From Enterobacter phage Phc, in the sequence record MZ669808.1: a stretch of 52,117 nucleotides of DNA; one strand, written 5' to 3'. The position numbers and the translations under genes are program-made. Below the pieces are notes generated by a model. That model had not been told where the DNA came from, did no database searches, and saw only the letters and a program-made list of their open reading frames with translations. This document shows positions 37,625 to 46,087 of the stretch, in pieces. Within the stretch, counting starts at the first letter, position 1; each line of letters starts with the position of its first letter.

Positions 37625-38143
37625 ATGATTTTTGAACCTCACTACGAAGCGCCTCGCGTTGTTATTTTCGATTACGACGGGACTCTTTCGGACGGGACTC
37701 ACCGCCTCCACCTGCTACCGACGAAAGACCAGCATCTTACTGAAACCTGGATTCCGTTTAATGCAGCTTGTGTTGATGACTCGCCTATCCGCGACACGAT
37801 TGACGTGATGAATGCAATGTATGACGCGGGGTTTTACGTCATCATTCTGACTGGTCGAAGTGATCACGTTTACGCCGAGTCAATCAAATGGCTTAAAGAC
37901 AACGGCGCTCGCTATCATCACATTGAGATGCGCAAGCAGACCGACAACCGCAAGGACACGATTATCAAAGAGGAATACTTGCGCGGGATTGGTCTTGAAA
38001 ATATCGTTGCGGCCTGGGATGATAGCCCGAACGTGATCGAGCACTTCCGGAGCCTCGGATTAACCGTTTACCAGGTTTGCGACTATGGCGACAAGTTGCA
38101 CAACCGCACAGACCTTAAATCTCACGGAGTAGAAACGTTATGA
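37625..38143 (+). CDS. HAD-family phosphatase (polynucleotide 3'-phosphatase-like)
   Basis: VVIFDYDGTLSDG, VIILTGRSD, NIVAAWDDSPN motifs. Confidence 0.82.
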   Translation: MIFEPHYEAPRVVIFDYDGTLSDGTHRLHLLPTKDQHLTETWIPFNAACVDDSPIRDTIDVMNAMYDAGFYVIILTGRSDHVYAESIKWLKDNGARYHHIEMRKQTDNRKDTIIKEEYLRGIGLENIVAAWDDSPNVIEHFRSLGLTVYQVCDYGDKLHNRTDLKSHGVETL

Positions 38144-38712
38144 TCATCATTCTGAACGCGCCAGCCGGAGCTGGCAAGGATACCATTCAGCGAGCTATCG
38201 CCTCGATGTTTGAAACTGGCTCTTTGAGCTTCAAAAAGCCGATGTTTGAAATGGCTCACGCTATCCTGGGTGATTTGGGTTACTCCGAGTTTATGGACGC
38301 GTACAACGACCGCAACAGGAAAGAGGCTCCGCTTGAGATCCTCAAAGGCTCAAGTCCTCGCCAGTTCATGATCTGGATCAGTGAAACCATTATCAAGCCA
38401 GCTTTCGGTGACAAGCATTTCGGCAACCTTCTGTATGACGATTACAACGTCAAGCAAAACGAAGGGTTTGACATCTGTGTCGTGAGCGACGGAGGTTTCC
38501 CTGACGAGACTATCACTCTGATCGAAAAGGGCGCAGTGGTTAAGCTGTTCCGGATGCACCGCGACGGATACTCATTTGACGGTGACTCGCGTAATTACGT
38601 TCACTTACCGGATCATATCGGCGTTAACGGTTATCAGGAATTCGACGTCAATATCTACGACGGCAAGCCAGTAGAGGCCGCTCTTGATATTTTCCACCTG
38701 GCAACGGAATAG
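38140..38712 (+). CDS. P-loop (deoxy)nucleotide kinase-like protein
   Basis: IIILNAPAGAGKDTIQRAIA; stop TAG shared with operator K. Confidence 0.75.
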   Translation: MIIILNAPAGAGKDTIQRAIASMFETGSLSFKKPMFEMAHAILGDLGYSEFMDAYNDRNRKEAPLEILKGSSPRQFMIWISETIIKPAFGDKHFGNLLYDDYNVKQNEGFDICVVSDGGFPDETITLIEKGAVVKLFRMHRDGYSFDGDSRNYVHLPDHIGVNGYQEFDVNIYDGKPVEAALDIFHLATE

Positions 38713-38752
38713 CACGAATTGCTAAAACTGGCGCAACGGAATGCGCTATTAT
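38710..38752 (+). promoter_or_regulatory. Operator-type promoter K: TAGCACGAATTGCTA -N22- TATTAT
   Basis: Element 38710-38724, -10 38747-38752, leader CAACGAAAC 38758-38766. Confidence 0.9.
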
Positions 38753-38791
38753 CTTTTCAACGAAACGAAACACCAAAACAGGAGAGACACC

Positions 38792-38896
38792 ATGAAAAAC
38801 GCAATCAACTACATCTTATCTACTGCTGGCGGCGTCCTGGTTGTTGGCTTTATGATTTGGGTAATCACCTTAGCATCTAACTTTAACGGGTTCTAA
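38792..38896 (+). CDS. 34-aa membrane peptide MKNAINYILSTAGGVLVVGFMIWVITLASNFNGF
   Basis: ATG after GGAGAG, downstream of promoter K; one TM segment. Confidence 0.65.
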   Translation: MKNAINYILSTAGGVLVVGFMIWVITLASNFNGF

Positions 38897-38897
38897 T

Positions 38898-39098
38898 ATG
38901 TCAAAATCAATCGCTGTAAAATGCATTCGCAACGATTCTAAAACTCTGCCTTTCTCGGTAAACGGCGTATATAACGCGGAAGATATCGGCGGTCAATACA
39001 AGATCAGCTACATGACGGGCGCTTATACTTCTGACTTCATCCACGCGCCGCTAAACGGTCACTACCTTGAATTTATTCCGGTAGACATTCAGAAGTAA
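38898..39098 (+). CDS. hypothetical protein
   Basis: ORF immediately after the peptide. Confidence 0.65.
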   Translation: MSKSIAVKCIRNDSKTLPFSVNGVYNAEDIGGQYKISYMTGAYTSDFIHAPLNGHYLEFIPVDIQK

Positions 39099-39105
39099 AA
39101 TCAAC

Positions 39106-39129
39106 ACTTTCCAATATGGGAGCCTTTAG
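39106..39129 (+). terminator. terminator GGGAGCC-ttta-GGCTCCCTTTTT
   Basis: inverted repeat plus T-run. Confidence 0.9.
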
Positions 39130-39210
39130 GCTCCCTTTTTGCGTTATTCCATTCCTTCAACGCTTCGGTTATTATTGAACCAACTTTCACCATCAACCAA
39201 GGCTAACGCT

Positions 39211-39426
39211 ATGAGAGACTTTATTAACTCTATAGCTGGCACTGGCGGCGGCGTTACCCTTGGCGGCGCGGCGGCTGGTCAGCTTATAATTGCCGGAATC
39301 GGCTTAATCATCATGACAGCTTTCGGAGCGTGGGGCGCATACCTACGCTGGAAGGACTCGAAAGCTCTACACAAGGCACTGGAAAACGGAGACGTGAAAG
39401 AGGCCGTCCGGATCAGGAGCAAGTAA
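39211..39426 (+). CDS. putative holin
   Basis: MRDFINSIAGTGGG...GQLIIAGIGLIIMTAFGAWGAYLRW; upstream of endolysin. Confidence 0.7.
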   Translation: MRDFINSIAGTGGGVTLGGAAAGQLIIAGIGLIIMTAFGAWGAYLRWKDSKALHKALENGDVKEAVRIRSK

Positions 39427-39909
39427 ATGAACAACATCATGAAATCAACGTTAACGGGTGTTATGCTCATTACGGCTGGGCTACTCTCCCAGCTTGAGGG
39501 GACTTACTACACTCCTTATATTGACATCGCTGGAGTCCCTACGGTGTGTGAAGGGATTACTGGTAAGGATGTAATTTGGGGCAAGAAGTACACTCGCCGA
39601 GAGTGTGATCAGCTACTTGAAAAGCACATCGGCGTTGCTGCAAGAGCTGTCGATAAGGCTGTAAAGGTTGAAATCCCTAACACCATGCGAGCCGCTCTGT
39701 ATAGCTTCACATTCAACGCTGGTCAGGGAGCGTTCCGTTCATCAACCCTATTGCGTTTAACGAACCAGGGGCGTCTGCGGGAGGCCTGTGGTGAACTTAA
39801 TAAGTGGGTTTACTTCTACAACCCGAAAACCGGAAAGAAAGAGATCGCGAAAGGACTGAAAAACCGTCGCGCTGTTGAATATCAATATTGCGTTAAGGAT
39901 CTGAAATGA
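39427..39909 (+). CDS. endolysin, lysozyme GH24, probable SAR-type
   Basis: [22 protein letters not shown] catalytic E-8-D-5-T pattern; hydrophobic N-terminus. Confidence 0.9.
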   Translation: MNNIMKSTLTGVMLITAGLLSQLEGTYYTPYIDIAGVPTVCEGITGKDVIWGKKYTRRECDQLLEKHIGVAARAVDKAVKVEIPNTMRAALYSFTFNAGQGAFRSSTLLRLTNQGRLREACGELNKWVYFYNPKTGKKEIAKGLKNRRAVEYQYCVKDLK

Positions 39910-40313
39910 AAAATACAATCATTGCCTGTTGCGTATCACTGGCGTTAATCGTATCCGGCTGCTCGGCAACATCTGCTCTGACTGGTCTTATCGGCAGTAA
40001 GCCGGACGTAACAGCACAGGCCGGAGCCGAGAACACAAAGCAAACTCTCGGCCTGAATAGCAAGGTTGACCAGTCCAGCAAATCGGACAACACGATCAAG
40101 GACTCATCTGTCGGTGCGGTTGATAGCTCGAACGCGAAGCGGGTCAACGCGTCAAGCATCACAGCCGATATGATCAAGGCCGATAAGATCGAGATCCGGA
40201 ACAATGAGGCTTACGCCTGGGAGCTAGCGGCGGGGATGTTCGTTGTTGGACTTATGGCTGGTGCTCTTGCCGTCACATTTTACGCGACACGCAGAAAGAA
40301 CAAAGGAGCCTAG
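39906..40313 (+). CDS. candidate unimolecular spanin (u-spanin)
   Basis: Lipobox LIVSGCSA at N-terminus and C-terminal [22 protein letters not shown], following endolysin. Confidence 0.65.
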   Translation: MKNTIIACCVSLALIVSGCSATSALTGLIGSKPDVTAQAGAENTKQTLGLNSKVDQSSKSDNTIKDSSVGAVDSSNAKRVNASSITADMIKADKIEIRNNEAYAWELAAGMFVVGLMAGALAVTFYATRRKNKGA

Positions 40314-40328
40314 CGGCTCCTTTTTTAT
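40304..40328 (+). terminator. terminator AGGAGCC-tagc-GGCTCCTTTTTTT
   Basis: inverted repeat plus T-run overlapping the spanin ORF end. Confidence 0.88.
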
Positions 40329-40558
40329 TCGTACAATTTGACATGAAGAATGCAAACGCCGTCCTCGTCGTTAAGACCGTGCTCAAAGTGACCGCTCGCC
40401 CTCATGCTTGACGTCAGCATTGACAGGAGTGCGCAATTCAAACCCTCCCCACTTATCCGGTTCACCGCGACACACTCAACAATCGAATCAATAACCGTTT
40501 GAGCTTCCACGTAAGGATCTGGCTCTTTCAATTTCGTGCCTCCTGAATAGATATTCAT
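40325..40558 (-). CDS. hypothetical protein
   Basis: ORF. Confidence 0.55.
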   Translation of the reverse strand: MNIYSGGTKLKEPDPYVEAQTVIDSIVECVAVNRISGEGLNCALLSMLTSSMRASGHFEHGLNDEDGVCILHVKLYE

Positions 40559-40874
40559 CGTCTAACTTTCCGATGTTCATCATCTCTTTCATGTAAAGGC
40601 TCTCGCTTGCGTTGAGTGAGTGCAATTCAAAATCAAACGGACGATTCTCCTTGTTTTTCACCCATGCTTTATGTTTTGCCATATCCAGGTAGCCGAGAGT
40701 ACAAAGTCGCGGGATGAACTCGCGCCCTACACATGCGGCGAATTGCTTCGGAGTAACTCCCGCGCTCCTGGCTAGCCTCTCACACTCACGGTGATGAAAC
40801 ACAAAAGTCGATAACTCCTGGCGGGTAAATTCCAGCCTTGACTCCGCGAACCGATACAGATCAAGAATGAACAT
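40488..40874 (-). CDS. hypothetical protein
   Basis: ORF directly downstream of 42457..40877. Confidence 0.65.
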   Translation of the reverse strand: MFILDLYRFAESRLEFTRQELSTFVFHHRECERLARSAGVTPKQFAACVGREFIPRLCTLGYLDMAKHKAWVKNKENRPFDFELHSLNASESLYMKEMMNIGKLDDEYLFRRHEIERARSLRGSSNGY

Positions 40875-40876
40875 AA

Positions 40877-42457
40877 TTACCCCAAAAGACGAGGGTTAAC
40901 GTAAACGTCATCACCAATCAGGCAGACGTACCCTAATCCCTCCAGCTTAGGAAGGAGGTGATCTCGAATGCGCTTTGTCACTCCGGATTGACCGAAGAAC
41001 GGCTTGATCTTGCGTACACCCTCATAGATGGAGCGGAACTTGATCACTCCTTTCGCGTTCTTCCCTCGCTTAACGATGAAGTCAACCAAGACCCTCATTT
41101 CAGCGTCATCACCAGCATGACCAGCAGAGTTTGCAGATGACAGATAAGTCTTGCTCAACTCATAGAACATCGCAACCGCTTCCTGCATCGTGTCCAGATC
41201 AACCGTCTTTGACTTCTGAGGGTTAGAGTTATCACTTGACCAGTTGCGGATCACATGGATAACAGAGGCAAGGCGAATTGCCTGTTTGTCGAACTTACCC
41301 ATTGCCCCGCGTAACATCGTGTGAGAATACTTCCCGCCGTCAGCCAAGTGCGGCTCCATCTCCTGGCGCGCTCGGTTAAGGTACTTCATTGCGGCAGTTC
41401 CAACCTTCAGCTTGATATCTGTCTCGCTCATGATCTCGTGAATCAGCTTGTAGTATTTAGCCACAAGTTCACTATCGATCGGGGTGTAAGTGCTTTCGCC
41501 CTTCTCATCGACGAACTTACGACGACCAAGATACGATTCCTCTCGAACCAGCAAGAAACGCTCTGATACGCCGATACCACGAGAACCAGCCGCCATGATA
41601 CCCTCAATCGTTTCGTCCTGAGCAATGACCGCGATTGCACCCATAGCAACGAAACTCATGTTATTGTCAGCATTGGCGCGGGCGATAGATACGTGACCGC
41701 TATCCCAGGCCTTAAGGACAAGCTCACTGTTCGTTTTCCGGCTCGCGTCCTGGTAAGTCATACCGAGAAGTGAGTTGATACTTGTCGCCTCATCGGAAAT
41801 TACAGAGAAGTTACCTTGGCGGTTGTTAATTCTAGCCAATCCCTCTGGAGTGGTGTCAGAAACAGGAAACACGATGTCGCACATCTTCTCAAGCTTCTCC
41901 TCCAGATCTTCCAACTCCTCATAAAGCGATGCCATATCAGACTTTGACTTCTCGCCTTTGAGTTCAGTTTTGCAGGCTGAGATCTTAGCCATTAAACGCT
42001 TGCGCTCCTTCTTGCGCTGCTCGTTAATGCGATCCACTTCCGCGATCATTGGTTTTATTGCCATTGAGTTAATGGCGGATTTCCCCGTCGATGGTGGCTG
42101 ACTGGTTACGACGTAAAGCGCGGTTGGCTGATCCGTTCCGTGATAGTCAACGGTGAATCGTCCCAACATCGCAGCAGATACGCAAGCCAAGAAATGCATG
42201 TATGCGGATGACTCCGGAAACTGAACCGAACGCGCCGCGTTTGCCGAAAGCTTCCCGACGATGTCCAGATCGTTACCGAGGGAGATTACCGGATATTTAT
42301 CATTGCCGCCGTCAACGTCCTTAACTTCCGTCCAGAATGACGAAGAGTGACGATAACCATTGGCCTTTATCGCAACGCGAAGCGGAGAGATACCCTCGTT
42401 TTCTGCGATCACAATAATCTGTTGCGGCGTCATGGTCTGTTGCATATGGTCAAACAT
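40877..42457 (-). CDS. DUF3987-type P-loop protein, replication-associated
   Basis: SQPPSTGKSAINSMAIKPM Walker A-like; VISDEATSINSLL; SERFLLVREES. Confidence 0.75.
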   Translation of the reverse strand: MFDHMQQTMTPQQIIVIAENEGISPLRVAIKANGYRHSSSFWTEVKDVDGGNDKYPVISLGNDLDIVGKLSANAARSVQFPESSAYMHFLACVSAAMLGRFTVDYHGTDQPTALYVVTSQPPSTGKSAINSMAIKPMIAEVDRINEQRKKERKRLMAKISACKTELKGEKSKSDMASLYEELEDLEEKLEKMCDIVFPVSDTTPEGLARINNRQGNFSVISDEATSINSLLGMTYQDASRKTNSELVLKAWDSGHVSIARANADNNMSFVAMGAIAVIAQDETIEGIMAAGSRGIGVSERFLLVREESYLGRRKFVDEKGESTYTPIDSELVAKYYKLIHEIMSETDIKLKVGTAAMKYLNRARQEMEPHLADGGKYSHTMLRGAMGKFDKQAIRLASVIHVIRNWSSDNSNPQKSKTVDLDTMQEAVAMFYELSKTYLSSANSAGHAGDDAEMRVLVDFIVKRGKNAKGVIKFRSIYEGVRKIKPFFGQSGVTKRIRDHLLPKLEGLGYVCLIGDDVYVNPRLLG

Positions 42458-42533
42458 CTTTTCTCCTTAGTGGGCGGTGAATATTACACCGCCGATCATA
42501 AAACACTATCAGTCAAAAAGCCAGTTGGGGCGC

Positions 42534-42950
42534 TTACAAATATTTAGCTTCGAAGGTGGTTCCATCCGCGATGCTGAAACCTACGTCCTCTCGGTACAGA
42601 TTCCACGGGCAACCGTCCTCGTCAAAGATCAGACCAGCCACACCGCCAAGCGCCCGACCGGAATCGACCTGGTAACGCTTGCCAACCTTGAAGGATTTCT
42701 TCATTGGGTTTTTGTGATCAAGTGACATGCACTTGAGGGTTTTGGTTTTAAGTTCAACGAACGTCGCCGCAACGATTCCGCCACTTGAAATAAAGATGTC
42801 ACCGCTAACGCCAACGGACAGCGCAATCTTTTCCTTACCCTTTCCGACAGACACATTACCCTCATCGTCAACTTTAGCCTTTACCAGGTGATTTGCGTTG
42901 AAGGTTTTTGTAAGTGACATTGTGCATTTCAGTTTGATTGACTTAGCCAT
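42534..42950 (-). CDS. hypothetical protein
   Basis: ORF downstream of promoter T. Confidence 0.7.
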   Translation of the reverse strand: MAKSIKLKCTMSLTKTFNANHLVKAKVDDEGNVSVGKGKEKIALSVGVSGDIFISSGGIVAATFVELKTKTLKCMSLDHKNPMKKSFKVGKRYQVDSGRALGGVAGLIFDEDGCPWNLYREDVGFSIADGTTFEAKYL

Positions 42951-42986
42951 TTTGAGATCCTCTTGTTGTCTCGTTTCGATGGAGTT

Positions 42987-43029
42987 AATGTAACAAAACC
43001 CGCCGAAGCGGGTTTAACAAAAAGTGCTA
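42987..43029 (-). promoter_or_regulatory. Operator-type promoter T (minus): TAGCACTTTTTGTTA -N22- TACATT
   Basis: Element 43015-43029, -10 42987-42992; terminator hairpin AACCCGC-ttcg-GCGGGTT in spacer. Confidence 0.88.
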
Positions 43030-43710
43030 TTTGCGGTTGGCCTGGAATACTGCGCGAGCGAACCCGCGAGGAGTCAGTGACCGGAGTTGTTTGGTCTTTG
43101 CAGACTTGCCGCCGAGGAACTTCCAGCCCCAAAAGAACATGACTCCCTCGTCCTTTGGTAGCTCCATCTTAACTGGCTCTTTGAACCCGTTGCCGCACCA
43201 GATACAAGTTTTCTTTGTATACCCGTCTCGCAATGGCATTTTGGGATGCCAGGAACCTTCACGAGCATCCACGTAATAACCGAAGTCGCGAGGATGGAAA
43301 TAAAAGTTAGGCTTGCCGAGCTTGTCCTCGTTAGACATCTTCCCAACCGGATTTTCAATCATCCATGGGATATTGAGATCCTGGCCTATATTCTTGACAA
43401 CCTTGGCGCACTCAAAAGCGTAAGCCATTTCGCTATCATCGCGATCGTGTTTCGCGCCGGAGTGAGCAAATAGCGTGCAATCAGGGAACCCGAAAATAAT
43501 GTCAGGGCGCGGAATACCAAGTAGATCGCACTTGATGAGGAAGTCCTTATCTATCCACATGTTGATGTAACGCAAAAGGGGGTGATTCATCTTCACGACG
43601 TACTCACCATGATTTCCGGAGTCAGCGTTGAAGCAGTACACCGTGTGACCATGCTCTGCCCATGGTAAACCCATAATTCCGGAGCCGTCGAATAATGACC
43701 ATACAACCAT
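43027..43710 (-). CDS. C5-cytosine methyltransferase-fold protein with atypical motif IV
   Basis: VVWSLFDGSGIMGLPWAEHGHTVYCFNAD, IIFGFPDCTLFAHSG, PWMIENPVG. Confidence 0.7.
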   Translation of the reverse strand: MVVWSLFDGSGIMGLPWAEHGHTVYCFNADSGNHGEYVVKMNHPLLRYINMWIDKDFLIKCDLLGIPRPDIIFGFPDCTLFAHSGAKHDRDDSEMAYAFECAKVVKNIGQDLNIPWMIENPVGKMSNEDKLGKPNFYFHPRDFGYYVDAREGSWHPKMPLRDGYTKKTCIWCGNGFKEPVKMELPKDEGVMFFWGWKFLGGKSAKTKQLRSLTPRGFARAVFQANRK

Positions 43711-43719
43711 CTTTTCACC

Positions 43720-43956
43720 TCACCAGAAAGGGATACATTCTTTGCAAGCGCCATTCTTACGGCACTCGTCGTTACAGTACGTCATTCCGTCATCAGCAAC
43801 CATTGCCGGAACTACCGCTCCGCTCTCCGCGATCATATCCATATCACCAAGAGCATCATCAAGCGTGATCTCTTGAGTCGCCACCTTCTCAGCCCACTCC
43901 GGATCTAATCCAGCCTTGCGAGCTTCGTAATAACGGAATCTCTCTGAACGGTTCAT
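43720..43956 (-). CDS. small protein with C-terminal Cys cluster
   Basis: TYCNDECRKNGACKECIPFW. Confidence 0.65.
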   Translation of the reverse strand: MNRSERFRYYEARKAGLDPEWAEKVATQEITLDDALGDMDMIAESGAVVPAMVADDGMTYCNDECRKNGACKECIPFW

Positions 43957-44279
43957 TTTTGGCTCCTGTATTTTGCGGCGCAGGACTTGCTACAGCACAA
44001 TCCCCATCCGCGATCTAAATCAGATAATTTTGCCTGGTACACAATACCGCAACCTTTTGCGCAGCACACACGATCAACGTAACCTTTCTTTACTGTCGGA
44101 ACGTGCTTAGGTTTATCACCGAGGACTGGTGATGTCTTTCGCCAAAATTGCTGTATTGTTGCGACCTGCTCCCCATCCTCATTAACCAGAATAAGGACGG
44201 ACTTTGATTCACTGGCGATAACGTCGCAATGACTTGACACACCGCCTATTTCAATGAGAACGCGATCACCAGCTTTCAT
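43953..44279 (-). CDS. hypothetical Cys-rich protein
   Basis: RVCCAKGCGIVYQ...GLCCSKSCAAKY. Confidence 0.65.
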   Translation of the reverse strand: MKAGDRVLIEIGGVSSHCDVIASESKSVLILVNEDGEQVATIQQFWRKTSPVLGDKPKHVPTVKKGYVDRVCCAKGCGIVYQAKLSDLDRGWGLCCSKSCAAKYRSQK

Positions 44280-44509
44280 TATTTCACCTCTGAGATAATA
44301 GGGAGCATTTCATTAACCAGGCGAATAGCTGATTCAATGCTAACGCGTTTAATTCCCGTTTCGTTGTTCTTGCACAAAATAACGCTACCGATAGTTGATC
44401 GTGTAATTACCAGACGCTTAACGTTATGTCCTTTGCTCGTGCGAATATCAACGGAGCCGTTAACAGCAACTTTATTCATAATTTCGGTGACGCTGAATTT
44501 GTTTGACAT
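44279..44509 (-). CDS. hypothetical protein
   Basis: ORF downstream of promoter L. Confidence 0.6.
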   Translation of the reverse strand: MSNKFSVTEIMNKVAVNGSVDIRTSKGHNVKRLVITRSTIGSVILCKNNETGIKRVSIESAIRLVNEMLPIISEVK

Positions 44510-44543
44510 CTCATTACCCTACTTTTTTGTTGGATTGAGTGAA

Positions 44544-44586
44544 GTTTAGCGCCTCACTCGTTATTTGTCTTTAGCAATTCGTGCTA
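44544..44586 (-). promoter_or_regulatory. Operator-type promoter L (minus): TAGCACGAATTGCTA -N22- CTAAAC (poor -10)
   Basis: Element 44572-44586. Confidence 0.65.
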
Positions 44587-44587
44587 T

Positions 44588-44947
44588 TTAATCTCGGGTT
44601 GTTTTCCCGTCAAAAGATCTGAATTTAAAGTTCACTGTTGAATTATAATGCGCTCGTGAATATCCATCAGGGAAGTTAAACCCAGATTCAACCTCACCAA
44701 CGAAACATATAAAGTCGCCGTTGTGGTTGCTCAGATTAATTCCACCATCAGCAATGCTCAACTTTATTAAGTTTGCATTATCTGCGGCCTTATAGCCCTG
44801 AGGAAAGAATCGATCACACGCCGCGATAATCTCAGCTCTCTGCAATTCCAATATCTCAGCGGTTGTTCTATAAATGGCATCAGCAACAGATATCACAGTC
44901 TCAACCGGAGCGTAATATCGAGAGATACTTACGTTTACATTTTTCAC
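44588..44947 (-). CDS. hypothetical protein
   Basis: ORF. Confidence 0.65.
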   Translation of the reverse strand: MKNVNVSISRYYAPVETVISVADAIYRTTAEILELQRAEIIAACDRFFPQGYKAADNANLIKLSIADGGINLSNHNGDFICFVGEVESGFNFPDGYSRAHYNSTVNFKFRSFDGKTTRD

Positions 44948-45183
44948 TCTTCCACCTCGAACTTTGCAACTCCAGGTATTAACCAGACACCAGTAGGCCA
45001 GCCGGAAATGACAACGAAGTCACCACCTGTTTTCTTTTGACGCTCACCCTTGACAACAAACTCATTCGGGATCTGCTTTCCGTCAACAGTTAAAGGCGTG
45101 GCCTCATAAGTTTCCTTCTCCTTGAATGGAGTCAGGATCTTCTTGTCTGTCGATGAGATTACGCGAACACATTTGAGTTTCAT
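44944..45183 (-). CDS. hypothetical protein
   Basis: ORF with 4-nt overlap. Confidence 0.65.
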   Translation of the reverse strand: MKLKCVRVISSTDKKILTPFKEKETYEATPLTVDGKQIPNEFVVKGERQKKTGGDFVVISGWPTGVWLIPGVAKFEVEE

Positions 45184-45431
45184 AATTTTCGCCCCTCGTC
45201 AATGAAACATTCAAGAAATACGCTCTTATCTTCAACGTCAAGAGTTGAATGGTTGAGCCATTCGATCACAGTGCCAAGCTGAACGTTATCGGCGTAAGCC
45301 TGACGACCTTCGTTGCAGAGGTCAACAGAGTTAACAACCGGAGACTCTACGGTGATTGTCTCTGCCTGAACATCCCAAGATGAGCCAAGGATGCAAGCCG
45401 TTGCGATGATGATTGCTGTAATGCGTTTCAT
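45180..45431 (-). CDS. small secreted/periplasmic protein
   Basis: Signal peptide MKRITAIIIATACILGSSWDVQA-ET; downstream of promoter M. Confidence 0.7.
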   Translation of the reverse strand: MKRITAIIIATACILGSSWDVQAETITVESPVVNSVDLCNEGRQAYADNVQLGTVIEWLNHSTLDVEDKSVFLECFIDEGRKL

Positions 45432-45459
45432 GGTGTCTCTCCTCTGTTTCGTTGAGATA

Positions 45460-45502
45460 ACTATACCAAAGACAGCCCCATGAGTTTTAGCAATTCGTGC
45501 TA
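45460..45502 (-). promoter_or_regulatory. Operator-type promoter M (minus): TAGCACGAATTGCTA -N22- TATAGT
   Basis: Element 45488-45502, -10 45460-45465, leader CAACGAAAC. Confidence 0.9.
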
Positions 45503-45548
45503 TTTGAAAAGGCGGCGCGGAACATCCGCCTTTAATGTTTTTGACCAG

Positions 45549-45638
45549 TCAGGGCTTAGATTTAACTCTGCCCTTGCCATTACATCTGCCGCATGGATGA
45601 CGCTGAATAACCCAGACGCCAGCGAACACGGAAACCAT
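45549..45638 (-). CDS. possible 29-aa peptide MVSVFAGVWVIQRHPCGRCNGKGRVKSKP
   Basis: Small ORF with AGAGGG upstream, CxxC knuckle, in a gap between genes. Confidence 0.35.
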   Translation of the reverse strand: MVSVFAGVWVIQRHPCGRCNGKGRVKSKP

Positions 45639-45670
45639 GGTGAACCCTCTCCCATTGCAAAAGCTACAGA

Positions 45671-46087
45671 TCATGACAGATCCTCCGGATGATACATTTT
45701 CTCGCGACGAATCTTGACATCAGCAATTCGATTCATGGTTGATTCAATGTGATGAACGGATGAGATCGCACGTTGCCATAACTTAAGATGTCGATCCCAC
45801 ACGAACGACATCCCAGAAATGACAGCAAAATGATAGCCGCGCTCTGAGTGGTACAGCACGCCAGGGTACTCAATTTTCATCATGCTCTCAATGCGCTTGA
45901 TCGCGTAGTTGATGAAACAAGCCTGGCCGTTAGCGTTTCCGGTCGTGTAGGTATTACGCCACACGATTTCCCAGTCCCGATAGGCAACCACAACCTCAGT
46001 GTGACCGATTGAGTTGTGATTACGCTGAACATCAAAGCCAGCCTCGCGAGCACGCTTAATTGCTTCATGCAGGTGATAGTGTTTCAT
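45671..46087 (-). CDS. hypothetical protein
   Basis: ORF. Confidence 0.65.
   Translation of the reverse strand: MKHYHLHEAIKRAREAGFDVQRNHNSIGHTEVVVAYRDWEIVWRNTYTTGNANGQACFINYAIKRIESMMKIEYPGVLYHSERGYHFAVISGMSFVWDRHLKLWQRAISSVHHIESTMNRIADVKIRREKMYHPEDLS

Noticed and set aside
39106-39170. Possible element upstream of the lysis cassette (CTCCCTTTTTGCGTTATT)
   Set aside because: Explained by the terminator T-run; half-sites absent and spacing to TTATTAT is not 22 bp.
402-41649. Many antisense ORFs (e.g. 15650..16153, 17634..17999, 33631..33882, 38350..38559)
   Set aside because: Antisense to well-supported phage genes and lacking upstream SD or plausible products; GC-driven spurious ORFs.
42457-42540. 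Possible additional element upstream of the DUF3987-type gene (TGGCTTTTTGACTGA, 22 bp before TAATAT on minus strand)
   Set aside because: Only about 7 of 15 positions match although spacing and a repeat-enclosed -10 (GGCGGTG/CACCGCC) are suggestive; kept out of the count.
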